37,956 nt of DNA, taken from Saprospiraceae bacterium. Its GTDB lineage: Bacteria; Bacteroidota; Bacteroidia; Chitinophagales; Saprospiraceae. The position numbers and the translations under genes are program-made. The stretch covers positions 1-37,956 of the forward strand of contig JALHPW010000002.1 of the NCBI GenBank assembly GCA_022842255.1, given 5' to 3'. How positions within the stretch are numbered: position 1 is the stretch's first letter; each line of letters starts with the position of its first letter. Below the pieces are notes generated by a model that searched no databases, was not told where the DNA came from, and was given only the letters and a program-made list of their open reading frames with translations. Below are positions 1-8,158 of the stretch, in pieces.

Positions 1-27
1 ATGCGGCCCCACCACTACTTTTTTCAT
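1..27 (-). CDS. Possible 5' end of a leftward gene that runs off the window (MKKVVVGPH...)
   Basis: The reverse-strand ATG at 25-27 is preceded on that strand by an A-rich context and opens an MKK... frame. Only 9 codons are visible, so this cannot be verified. Confidence 0.2.
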
Positions 28-79
28 GGAACTTTCCAAAAGTTTGAAGCATTCAGAAAGTTTGGAAGTCTAAAACCCG

Positions 80-87
80 CATCTTTG
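80..87 (+). promoter_or_regulatory. Candidate -7 promoter element for proS (CATCTTTG, 7/8 to TAnnTTTG)
   Basis: This is a near match to the Bacteroidetes primary-sigma -7 consensus, 54 nt upstream of the proS ATG. Two TTTG-containing words (AAAGTTTGAAG at 39-49, AAAGTTTGGAAG at 57-68) lie upstream. Confidence 0.25.
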
Positions 88-141
88 CGCGCCTAAAATC
101 ACCCCATCGCCTAATTGCTCCACTCCATCACTTCATAAATA

Positions 142-1611
142 ATGGCAAAAGAAATAACACCCCGTTCGGAAGATTACTCGCAGTGGTACTTGGACATCGT
201 ACAAAAGGCCCGTTTGGCCGATAACTCGCCCGTGCGCGGTTGCATGGTCATCAAGCCGCATGGCTATGGTATTTGGGAAAAAATGCGCGACCAATTGGAC
301 GCAATGTTCAAAGAAACAGGCCACGTGAATGCCTATTTCCCACTTTTTGTGCCCAAAAGTCTGTTCGAAGCCGAAGAGAAAAACGCAGAAGGTTTTGCCA
401 AAGAATGCGCCGTTGTAACGCATTACCGTCTCAAAAACGACCCGAACAGACCTGGCAAACTCATGGTGGATCCAGAGGCCAAGCTTGAGGAAGAGCTCGT
501 GGTGCGCCCAACTTCGGAGGCCATTATTTGGAACACTTACCGCGACTGGATCCAAAGCTACCGTGACCTGCCCATCCTCATCAACCAGTGGGCCAACGTG
601 GTGCGCTGGGAAATGCGTACGCGCCCGTTCCTGCGCACCGCAGAATTCCTTTGGCAGGAAGGCCACACGGCCCATGCCACCGCAGAAGAGGCTGTGAAAG
701 AGACCCTTATGATTCTGGATGTGTACGCCAAATTCGCAGAAGAATGGATGGCCATGCCCGTAATAAAAGGCGTAAAATCTGCCAATGAGCGCTTCGCTGG
801 CGCAGATGACACGTATACCATTGAGGCCTTGATGCAAGACGGGAAAGCTTTGCAAGCGGGTACTTCCCACTTTTTGGGACAAAACTTTGCCAAAGCGTTC
901 AACGTACAGTTTTTGAACAAGGAGAACCAGCAAGAATACGTGTGGGCAACCTCTTGGGGCGTTTCGACCCGCCTCATTGGTGGACTCATCATGACCCACT
1001 CGGATGATGACGGCTTGATCATTCCCCCAAAACTCGCGCCGACGCAGGTGGTGATTGTACCCATCCCAAAACCTTCGGACGAGCTGACGGTGGTGGCCGA
1101 AAAAATTGCTGCTGAACTCAAAGCGAAGGGCATCCGTGTCAAAATTGACAACGACGACCAAAATCGTCCGGGCTTCAAATTCGCTGAATACGAGATGATT
1201 GGCATTCCGGTGCGTCTTGGTCTGGGACAACGGGATATCGCCGCCGGACAAGTCGAAGTGGCCCGTCGCGATACGAAAGAAAAGTCCAATGCGCCACTGG
1301 ACAACATCGCCGACCACATTGCCAACCTGCTCGATGAAATTCAGTCCAACCTATTCAACCGCGCCAAAGCCTACCGAGACGAACACATCACGAAGGTGGA
1401 TACCTGGGAGGAATTGGTGGATGTGGTAGAAAACAAAGGTGGTTTTGCCTACGCCCACTGGGACGGCACCACCGAAACCGAGGAGGATATCAAGGCCCAA
1501 ACCAAGGCAACCATTCGTTGCATTCCATTGGGTTGGCCCGATGAGGCTGGCAAATGCGTGCGCACAGGAAAACCCAGCGAGCGGCGGGTCTTGTTTGCCA
1601 AAGCTTATTGA
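142..1611 (+). CDS. proS: Proline--tRNA ligase (class II, archaeal/eukaryote-like short form typical of Bacteroidota)
   Basis: The ORF is 489 aa and starts at an ATG. Its full length reads as a ProRS: ...[10 protein letters not shown]..., [39 protein letters not shown], an anticodon-binding block VVIVPI, and a C-terminal Zn-type domain ...IRCIPL... Confidence 0.95.
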   Translation: MAKEITPRSEDYSQWYLDIVQKARLADNSPVRGCMVIKPHGYGIWEKMRDQLDAMFKETGHVNAYFPLFVPKSLFEAEEKNAEGFAKECAVVTHYRLKNDPNRPGKLMVDPEAKLEEELVVRPTSEAIIWNTYRDWIQSYRDLPILINQWANVVRWEMRTRPFLRTAEFLWQEGHTAHATAEEAVKETLMILDVYAKFAEEWMAMPVIKGVKSANERFAGADDTYTIEALMQDGKALQAGTSHFLGQNFAKAFNVQFLNKENQQEYVWATSWGVSTRLIGGLIMTHSDDDGLIIPPKLAPTQVVIVPIPKPSDELTVVAEKIAAELKAKGIRVKIDNDDQNRPGFKFAEYEMIGIPVRLGLGQRDIAAGQVEVARRDTKEKSNAPLDNIADHIANLLDEIQSNLFNRAKAYRDEHITKVDTWEELVDVVENKGGFAYAHWDGTTETEEDIKAQTKATIRCIPLGWPDEAGKCVRTGKPSERRVLFAKAY

Positions 1612-1712
1612 AGTACGAAGTGCGATTTACGAAGTACGATTTTGCCACCAGCTTGAAATGCCGGGCGAGCGCCAAAATCGTACTTCGCACCTCGTAATTC
1701 GTAATTCGTAAC
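1612..1712. repeat. Word-built inverted-repeat element filling the proS/S8-protease convergent spacer
   Basis: A perfect 15-bp stem CGAAGTACGATTTTG (1630-1644) pairs with CAAAATCGTACTTCG (1673-1687). It is flanked by GCGATTTACG (1622-1631) and tandem CGTAATT copies (1693-1711). There is no 3' U-run on either strand. Confidence 0.8.
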
Positions 1713-3500
1713 TCAATAAGCTTTGATTAGCTTTCCGCTTGCCACGGCGTTGCCACTTTTTATTTTCCAGAAATAGAGGCCAAGGGGTTGATTTTCAAAG
1801 GAAACGCGCGTTGTTTCCGGGTTTTGCGCTTGCCATTGTTTGGCAAAAACCACTTTGCCTTCAGCGTTGAAAACTTCCAAAATCGTTTCTCCTGAAAGGT
1901 TTTCAAACGTAAATACTGTCGCCTCTTTCACTGGGTTGGGCGATACGGTTGCTGCAATTAGATTGGGTGAAGTCGTATTTGTAGGTTGCCATTGCAAGGC
2001 AGCTTGCACCGCGCCAAGCGCGTCTACCCGGCCCCAACCATAGGCGTGATTGGGCCGCGCCGCACCAGCACTCGCGCCACAATCCAGGGTATCGGCAAAG
2101 TAAATGGACGTCTGTTCCACGATATTTTCAATCTCATCCACATGTCCAGCCAAGGCAGGGTTGGCGGAAAGCACGAGGGCCACCAAACCTGCCACGTGCG
2201 GGCCGGCCATACTGGTTCCACTAAAATTGGCATAATTCCCGCCCCGAATACACGAACGGACGTTTTGTCCAGGCGCACTTACATTGGGTTTCTTGCGGTT
2301 GCTGCCGTCGATGGTGACCACGCCGCGACTGCTGAATCCCGAAATGAAATCGTCGATGCGCGTGGAACCCACGCTGAAACTTTCTTCGAAATAGGCGGGC
2401 GGACCATAGGTACTGGCGCAACCGGGACCAAAATTGCCATTGCTGACTACCACTACCACGCCAGAGGCTTTTAGGTTGATGACGGCCGTGCGCATCAACT
2501 CGTTGACCGTCAGGTCGGTACAACCTTCTTCTACGGAGCAATACCAGGAATTATTGATGACGTGAGGCGCGCGCTCCGGGTCCGGGTTTTGTCCACCCAA
2601 GTCCGTGGGTGCCAAAAACCACTGGAAGCATTCAAGGTAGCTGGATGGTTTTCCCCAGCCGCGTTCCATGTTGCGACAACCGACCCATTCGGCACCGGGC
2701 GCGACGCCAATCTCGTTGTCCGCACCATCGTCGCCGGCCATGGTGCCCATGGTGTGGGTGCCGTGGTTTAGGTCGTCGCAGGGCGCTGTAGCATTGAGTC
2801 CGCAGGGGTTGATGCCTGGGTTGCCCGAGGTGTCGTTGTTGAGCGGGCTGTACTCATGGATGGCATCGTACCAGTTGTAGTTGTGCTGGCTTGTGGCAAC
2901 ATCGCCCGTCCAGCCACGGTATTGGGATTGAATGGCGGGGTGTGTCCATTCGTAACCCGTATCTGCGCCGCCGATGGTGATGCCTTGTCCGGTGTAGCCC
3001 AATAGCCAAACATCTGGGGCCTGGATTTTGGCTACGCCCCATTCGACGGTGTTCCGGTCGGAGGCATTGTTTGTGTTTTCGGAAGTTTCAACCGGGCCGT
3101 CAAACTCTACCCAAGGGTCGGCACTAATGGATTGGATTTCAGGAAGTTCTGCCAGTTTTTGAAGTAAAGGAAGGGTTGCTTTTTCCACCGCCAGTGCATT
3201 CACGAGGAACAGGGTGTTGGCAGAAGCACTGTGTTCGCTTAAAATCCGCAAGGCATTTTGTTGCGAACGGGCAGCAGTTTCCTGCAAGCGGACAAAGACG
3301 AATCGGGCTTTTTCGGATTTGGTTTTTAAGGTGCTTGCCGCGCGCAAATCGGCTTTTTCCTTGAAGATGATCAGCACGTCCGGGGTTTCATTCCGGTCCA
3401 GCGCTGCGCGGATTTCGGGGGCGATTTTTTCTTGAAAATTTTGACCAAAAAGATTGACAATGAGGCTATTGAGGAGAAAAACGAGCAGTAGTTTTTTCAT
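1713..3500 (-). CDS. Secreted subtilisin-family (S8) serine protease with T9SS type-A C-terminal sorting domain
   Basis: Signal peptide MKKLLLVFLLNSLIVNLFGQ, followed by an I9-like propeptide. The catalytic signatures are present: GGADTGY (Asp), HGTHTMGT (His), SGTSMAGPHVAG (Ser). The C-terminal ~80 aa carry VSPNPVKEATVFTF..., as in a Por/T9SS CTD. Confidence 0.9.
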   Translation of the reverse strand: MKKLLLVFLLNSLIVNLFGQNFQEKIAPEIRAALDRNETPDVLIIFKEKADLRAASTLKTKSEKARFVFVRLQETAARSQQNALRILSEHSASANTLFLVNALAVEKATLPLLQKLAELPEIQSISADPWVEFDGPVETSENTNNASDRNTVEWGVAKIQAPDVWLLGYTGQGITIGGADTGYEWTHPAIQSQYRGWTGDVATSQHNYNWYDAIHEYSPLNNDTSGNPGINPCGLNATAPCDDLNHGTHTMGTMAGDDGADNEIGVAPGAEWVGCRNMERGWGKPSSYLECFQWFLAPTDLGGQNPDPERAPHVINNSWYCSVEEGCTDLTVNELMRTAVINLKASGVVVVVSNGNFGPGCASTYGPPAYFEESFSVGSTRIDDFISGFSSRGVVTIDGSNRKKPNVSAPGQNVRSCIRGGNYANFSGTSMAGPHVAGLVALVLSANPALAGHVDEIENIVEQTSIYFADTLDCGASAGAARPNHAYGWGRVDALGAVQAALQWQPTNTTSPNLIAATVSPNPVKEATVFTFENLSGETILEVFNAEGKVVFAKQWQAQNPETTRVSFENQPLGLYFWKIKSGNAVASGKLIKAY

Positions 3501-3522
3501 GAAATGTCTAAAAAATTGAACT

Positions 3523-3530
3523 CAAAAGTA
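3523..3530 (-). promoter_or_regulatory. Perfect Bacteroidetes -7 motif (TACTTTTG on minus strand) for the S8 protease gene
   Basis: Plus-strand CAAAAGTA is TAnnTTTG on the minus strand. It ends 22 nt upstream of the ATG at 3500. Confidence 0.45.
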
Positions 3531-3582
3531 GCGGAATACTTGGGGCATTCTGCGATGAACCCTTTGTTTGGCTGGCTTTGGC

Positions 3583-3620
3583 AAAAAGTGGTGGCACGAC
3601 TTGAAGTCATACCACCACTT
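3583..3620 (-). terminator. Rho-independent terminator of the beta-helix/PA14 gene
   Basis: A 9-bp stem AAGTGGTGG (3586-3594) pairs with CCACCACTT (3612-3620), with an inner GACTT/AAGTC pairing. On the minus strand it is followed by a short T-run (TTTTT). Confidence 0.7.
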
Positions 3621-3627
3621 CACCCCC

Positions 3628-5877
3628 TCAGCGTTTCACCCGCATCCGAAAATCAAGGGTAGCAAAGCCGCCGGCATCAAAGTGCTCCATTCGGATTTTG
3701 TGTTTGCCTCCAAGCTGCACGGTAATTTCATCGGTTTCTGGTTCGTGGATGTCCCAGTTGTCAATCAAAAGCTTGTCGTCGAGGTAAAACCGAACGCCGT
3801 CGTCAGAGGTCAGTTCAAAGACGTAGGTACCGGGGGCAATGCTGAATTCCGTTTCCGAAAGGGTGGCAAATCGGTCTTCTTGCACCCCCTCCGCAGGGCT
3901 GCCCCACCAGGCAAAGTAGAGTTCGTTTGCCTTTTTCTCGGCTATGGGAGTGCTGGAAGTGATAGCCTCACTCCAAGTGAGACTATCACTTCCAGATACA
4001 TTAAAAAACTGTACCCGCCAGTCCATCTTCTTCTCAAAACGTTGAAAATCAAACTTGTAAACTTTCCCTGTCGGAACAATTTCCCCAAATACCGTTCGCA
4101 CGACCTGCGGACTGGTGTATTCAAATTCGATAAAAACCGCGTCGCTTTTTGGGTCGCGTTCCACGGTGAGCGTAGCTGGAACGGTGCCTTTTCTGGCGCT
4201 GATGCTTTTTACCCCTTCCATTTTGGAGATTTTCCAATCGCCCGAGGGACCGATGAGCACGAGCGAGTACATATTACCCGCCATCGTGTCGAGCGTGGCG
4301 ATGGGCCTGCGGAAATCAAAAGGTCCCCATTCGTCCACGAGGATGAACTGGCGGCCCCGTGGAAAACCATTGGGCAACACGGCTACCATCCCGTCCGGGA
4401 GACTGTCTGGTTCTTTGAGTTCGCCAAAGGGAATATCGAGGGGCGCGTAAGGGTTTTCGGGGTCCTTGCCGGGATGTGAGAAGTTGATGTTTTTGGAATC
4501 GGCCAGTTCGGGCTTGGCCCACACTTCGGCAATTTCGGCTTCCGTGCCGTAAAGGTCGTTCCGGACAAATTTCAGGTTTTCGTTGGGTTTGGGTGTTTCC
4601 AGGAGTTTTTCAAAATCGAAAAACAGGTTTTCCCCATTGATGGAAATATTTTTTGAGTTGCTGATTTTCAAGGGTTTGCGTGTGTTCAAAAAAACGTTTC
4701 GGTCCACTACGGCATCGCGGCTGCGGGTGTCGCGTTTTTGGGCATATCCCCAATCGGCGGGTTGTGTTTCACGTGCCCAGAGTTGAATTCCCGTGCTGTC
4801 GTCCTGAAAAAGGTTGCGCTGGATGGTGTCATTTTGGCCGTGTTCAATGGCAATACCGGTCTTGCAATCGGCAATGTAATTGCCCAGGATTACGGACTCG
4901 TAGCTGTAACCGCCCCAGATGCCATAGGTGCATTCGCGGATAATATTCCCCTGGATTCGGTTGCGCGAAAAAGTGACCTCCACGCCATTGGTAGGGGCGT
5001 GGCTGAAGTCGTTGCCGAAAATGAGGTTGTCGTTGCAGCCGCCCTCACCAGTATCCATGGTCGTTTGCCCGGCCCAGAGGAAAAGCCCATCGCCAGAGTG
5101 TGTTGCAGAGTTGTACGCGATGGTGTTTTGGCTACTCTGCTCGTACAGCAAGATGCCCGCCGAATCTTGTCCGCGCTGGTAAAACCCATGCGAATACCCG
5201 CGCACATTCCAGTCCAAACGATTGTGCATCAATTTGTTGCGACTGCTTCTATAGAGTCCGATGCCCAGGCCTGAATTGAAGGTAAAAAAGTTGTTGTACA
5301 CCATTCCGTCGTTGCAGCCCGTCATCAAAAGCGCATTTTGGCAACCCGTAATGCGGCAACCGCGCACGGTGGCCCGGGCGCAGTTTTTCAGGTAAATGCC
5401 CGCTCCGTAACGGCGCCATTCGTCCTGTTCGTTGTGGTGATAGCTGAGCCAATCAGAAAAATCCTCGCGTTCGCGGATGGAACGCAGCCGGGGACGGTAG
5501 TTGTAGGAAAAGTCGCAGTTTTCAAGCGTCAGCCCTTCCACGTTTTCGGCATATACTGCGATTTTGTAGCCCCGAGCTTTGGCGTTTTTGAGGGTAATGT
5601 TTTTGCCTTTTAGGACGATGGCCATCCCTGTGAAAGTATTGGGCAAAACGCCTTCCACGGCGCCCCGCATTTCGGCGTTTTGAAAATCGACGACGAGGTT
5701 TTCGCCGGAAATGGTGATGCCAACTTCATTTTCGGAGGCAAGCGGGAGGACGTAGATTCCCTTGGCGATTTTGCAGGATTCAGTGATAATCAAGCCCTTG
5801 GAAAGGCCAATTTCGGGGGTTTGGGCCAGGACCAAGGCGGGCAGGGCGCTGAGCAAAACGAACCACAGGTATTTCAT
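3628..5877 (-). CDS. Secreted right-handed parallel beta-helix repeat protein with C-terminal PA14 domain (putative glycan-binding or glycan-degrading)
   Basis: I prefer the ATG at 5877 (MKYLWFVLLSALPALVLAQ signal peptide) over the longer ORF start at 5961. The centre has repetitive beta-helix-type segments (NCDFSYN, GCRITGCQNALL, IIRECTYGIWGG, YIADCKTGIAIE). The C-terminus GTYVFELTSDDGVRFYLDDKLLIDNW...GGKHKIRMEHFD is PA14-like. Confidence 0.8.
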   Translation of the reverse strand: MKYLWFVLLSALPALVLAQTPEIGLSKGLIITESCKIAKGIYVLPLASENEVGITISGENLVVDFQNAEMRGAVEGVLPNTFTGMAIVLKGKNITLKNAKARGYKIAVYAENVEGLTLENCDFSYNYRPRLRSIREREDFSDWLSYHHNEQDEWRRYGAGIYLKNCARATVRGCRITGCQNALLMTGCNDGMVYNNFFTFNSGLGIGLYRSSRNKLMHNRLDWNVRGYSHGFYQRGQDSAGILLYEQSSQNTIAYNSATHSGDGLFLWAGQTTMDTGEGGCNDNLIFGNDFSHAPTNGVEVTFSRNRIQGNIIRECTYGIWGGYSYESVILGNYIADCKTGIAIEHGQNDTIQRNLFQDDSTGIQLWARETQPADWGYAQKRDTRSRDAVVDRNVFLNTRKPLKISNSKNISINGENLFFDFEKLLETPKPNENLKFVRNDLYGTEAEIAEVWAKPELADSKNINFSHPGKDPENPYAPLDIPFGELKEPDSLPDGMVAVLPNGFPRGRQFILVDEWGPFDFRRPIATLDTMAGNMYSLVLIGPSGDWKISKMEGVKSISARKGTVPATLTVERDPKSDAVFIEFEYTSPQVVRTVFGEIVPTGKVYKFDFQRFEKKMDWRVQFFNVSGSDSLTWSEAITSSTPIAEKKANELYFAWWGSPAEGVQEDRFATLSETEFSIAPGTYVFELTSDDGVRFYLDDKLLIDNWDIHEPETDEITVQLGGKHKIRMEHFDAGGFATLDFRMRVKR

Positions 5878-5939
5878 ATTCCGTGTTTTTGGGGGTGAAA
5901 GTACCCGTTCCGAAGCTTTGGGTAATCCGAAATAAACCT

Positions 5940-5947
5940 TATTTTTG
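5940..5947 (+). promoter_or_regulatory. Perfect -7 motif TATTTTTG for the Uma2-family gene
   Basis: It matches TAnnTTTG and ends 16 nt upstream of the ATG at 5964. Confidence 0.45.
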
Positions 5948-5963
5948 TAGAAAGAAGTCAACT

Positions 5964-6548
5964 ATGGCCACCACCGCAGAACGTCCACGCCCACTGACCA
6001 TCGAGGAGTACCTTGAAATGGAAGAGCGGTCGCGCACCAAGCACTATTTTATCAAAGGCCAAATTATTGATATGCCCGGAGGAACCTTGAAACACAACAT
6101 CATATCGAGTAATATCGTGACAGCAATAAACAATGCAGTCCGATTCAGTACGCAGTCTTACATAGTAAGCAACAGTGACACTAAAATCTGGATTCCGGCC
6201 ATCGAGGCTTTCTATTACCCCGACGCCGTAGTCATTTGTGAAGTGCCCGAATATTACGGTGGCCGTAAAAATGTGATTCTCAATCCTTTGCTTATCGTTG
6301 AAGTGACTTCTCCCAGCATAGTAGATTTTGACCGAAGTGGGAAATTCATGGATTATTCCACCTTGCCTTCCTTCAAGGAATACCTCATTTTACATCAAGA
6401 CCAGCATTTCGCCCGACTTTCCAATCGGGTGGAATCAGACCTTTGGCAATTGAGCACCGTGCAGGGGATAGCGGAAAACATTGAACTGAAATCTATAGGC
6501 TGCACGATTTCCATGCGTGATATCTATTTCAAAACAGAGGATTTGTAA
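5964..6548 (+). CDS. Uma2-family (DUF820) PD-(D/E)xK putative endonuclease
   Basis: The ATG at 5964 (MATTAERPRPLTIEEYLEMEE...) gives the typical Uma2 N-terminus (..T.EEYL.ME....K.E...G.I..MPGG...H). The nuclease-core residues are retained in YPDAVVI and LLIVEVTSPS. The longer GTG start at 5883 has no support. Confidence 0.8.
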   Translation: MATTAERPRPLTIEEYLEMEERSRTKHYFIKGQIIDMPGGTLKHNIISSNIVTAINNAVRFSTQSYIVSNSDTKIWIPAIEAFYYPDAVVICEVPEYYGGRKNVILNPLLIVEVTSPSIVDFDRSGKFMDYSTLPSFKEYLILHQDQHFARLSNRVESDLWQLSTVQGIAENIELKSIGCTISMRDIYFKTEDL

Positions 6549-6560
6549 AAAATCTCCCAG

Positions 6561-6599
6561 AAAAAAATCCGGCCTGCACTTGCACCGCCGGATTTTTTT
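6561..6599 (+). terminator. Rho-independent terminator after the Uma2 gene
   Basis: The stem ATCCGGC (6567-6573) pairs with GCCGGAT (6587-6593). It is preceded by an A-run and followed by TTTTTTT. Confidence 0.75.
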
Positions 6600-6602
6600 C
6601 AA

Positions 6603-6610
6603 AACCTTTG
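6603..6610 (+). promoter_or_regulatory. Candidate -7 element AACCTTTG (7/8) for the trpE-like gene
   Basis: It ends 51 nt upstream of the ATG at 6662 and overlaps the alternative TTG start at 6608. That overlap argues against the longer ORF. Confidence 0.25.
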
Positions 6611-6661
6611 CATCATCGTACTGATACATCAATACGATTTTTTACACACAAAGCCAGTTCC

Positions 6662-8155
6662 ATGTACACCGCCACCGCAAGACTGCCCTATTCGGATGCC
6701 CTGCCGCTCTATCGCCAATTGAAAGGCAATGGACCTACCTGCCTGTTTGAATCGGCCTCTGCCACCGACAAATCAAGCCGGCTTTCGGTCATTGGTTTTG
6801 AACCGACCTTGGAGCTGATTGGCAAGGACGAGCATTTGGACATTCGTCTGCTCGATGTACGTGGTGCGGCTTTTTACGATTTTGTAAAAACCGAATTTGC
6901 GTCTTTTATCGAAAGCGAACGCGAAGGGCGCTTGCTGTTGAACATCCCAAAAACGCCTTTTTTCGGCGCCGAAGAAGACCGCTTGGAACGCCAAAACATC
7001 GTGCAACCCCTGCGCCGGATGCTTGCGGAATTCCATACCTCCGACAAAAACTTCATGGGCTTTTATGGCGCACTGGCGTATCAGTTTGTGTTCCAATTTG
7101 AAGACTTGCCGCATACAAAACCCTGTCCGGAGCCCGATTTTCACCTGTTTTTATTTGACAACATCCTGTTGTTCAACCATTTAACCCAAGACCTAACGCT
7201 GTACGTGACGCGGGAAAACGAGCAGGCGGCACAACAAGACTTGGAGAGCCTGCGACCAAAAACGAACACACACCCGTGGAGCGCAGCGCACTTGTCGGAC
7301 GACGTCAAGTTGTCGGATGGGTCGCTGCGTATCGGGAAATTTGTGGCCACACCAGACGATGAAACCTTTAAAAAACAGGTGCAACGCGGCATTCAACTCT
7401 GCAACGAAGGCGAACTCCTGGAAATCGTCCTAAGCCGAAAACTCACCGCCCCCGTTAGCGGCGACCTGCTCCCCCTATACGAACGGTACAAAGCCATTAA
7501 CCCTTCGCCCTACCTTTTTTACTTTGATTTTGGTGATGAAACCCTGCTCGGTGCCAGTCCTGAAATGATGCTGCGTTATGAAAACGGTCGCGCCACCTTG
7601 CGCCCCATTTCCGGGTCCATCCGTCGTTCGCAGGACCCGATTGAAGATCACCGACTGATGATGCAATTGCTCAACGACCCCAAGGAAAATTCAGAGCTCG
7701 ACATGCTGATAGACCTGGGCCGCAATGACCTGGCGCGGATTTGCCAGCCGGGCATCGAAATCGACCACTACCGGATTGTGGAAAAATACTCCCACGTGAC
7801 CCATACCGTGGCCCAACTGAGCGGCACTTTGCAATCGCGTTATTCGGGTTTTGACGCCCTGATTGCCAGTTTGAACGCGGGCACCCTGACTGGCGCGCCC
7901 AAGATTGCCGCCATGCAATACATCGAAGAAATCGAACAACACACCCGTGGATACTACGGCGGCAGCATCGGCTGGCTCTTGCTGAACGGCGACGTCAATA
8001 CCGCCATCACCATCCGAACCGCCCATGTGCGCGACGGACTGCTTTCGTTCTCCGCCGGGGCCACGCTGCTCTACGAATCCGTGCCAGAGAATGAACTCCG
8101 TGAAACCCGGATTAAAGCCGGAGCGTTTATGGCGGCAGTAGAGGGGTTTGTCTAA
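6662..8155 (+). CDS. trpE: Anthranilate synthase component I-family chorismate-binding enzyme
   Basis: N-terminal CLFESA, INPSPYLFYFD (TrpE-type PSPY motif), GASPE, GxxxGAPKIAAMQYIEEIE, RGYYGGSIGW. The ATG at 6662 (MYTATARLPY...) is preferred. The symbol is tentative because no partner amidotransferase is adjacent. Confidence 0.8.
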   Translation: MYTATARLPYSDALPLYRQLKGNGPTCLFESASATDKSSRLSVIGFEPTLELIGKDEHLDIRLLDVRGAAFYDFVKTEFASFIESEREGRLLLNIPKTPFFGAEEDRLERQNIVQPLRRMLAEFHTSDKNFMGFYGALAYQFVFQFEDLPHTKPCPEPDFHLFLFDNILLFNHLTQDLTLYVTRENEQAAQQDLESLRPKTNTHPWSAAHLSDDVKLSDGSLRIGKFVATPDDETFKKQVQRGIQLCNEGELLEIVLSRKLTAPVSGDLLPLYERYKAINPSPYLFYFDFGDETLLGASPEMMLRYENGRATLRPISGSIRRSQDPIEDHRLMMQLLNDPKENSELDMLIDLGRNDLARICQPGIEIDHYRIVEKYSHVTHTVAQLSGTLQSRYSGFDALIASLNAGTLTGAPKIAAMQYIEEIEQHTRGYYGGSIGWLLLNGDVNTAITIRTAHVRDGLLSFSAGATLLYESVPENELRETRIKAGAFMAAVEGFV

Positions 8156-8158
8156 AAC

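Noticed and set aside
133-1317. A 394-aa ORF lies antisense to proS. Similar long antisense ORFs are at 3568-4479, 10270-11418, 16789-17913, 23622-24917, 30988-31833, 32140-33264 and 36855-37664.
   Set aside because: Each lies entirely within, and opposite to, a gene with unmistakable family motifs. Their translations are low-complexity and Arg/Gly/His/Val-rich, with no signal sequence or recognisable motif. Long shadow ORFs are expected opposite genes with RNY-biased codon usage.
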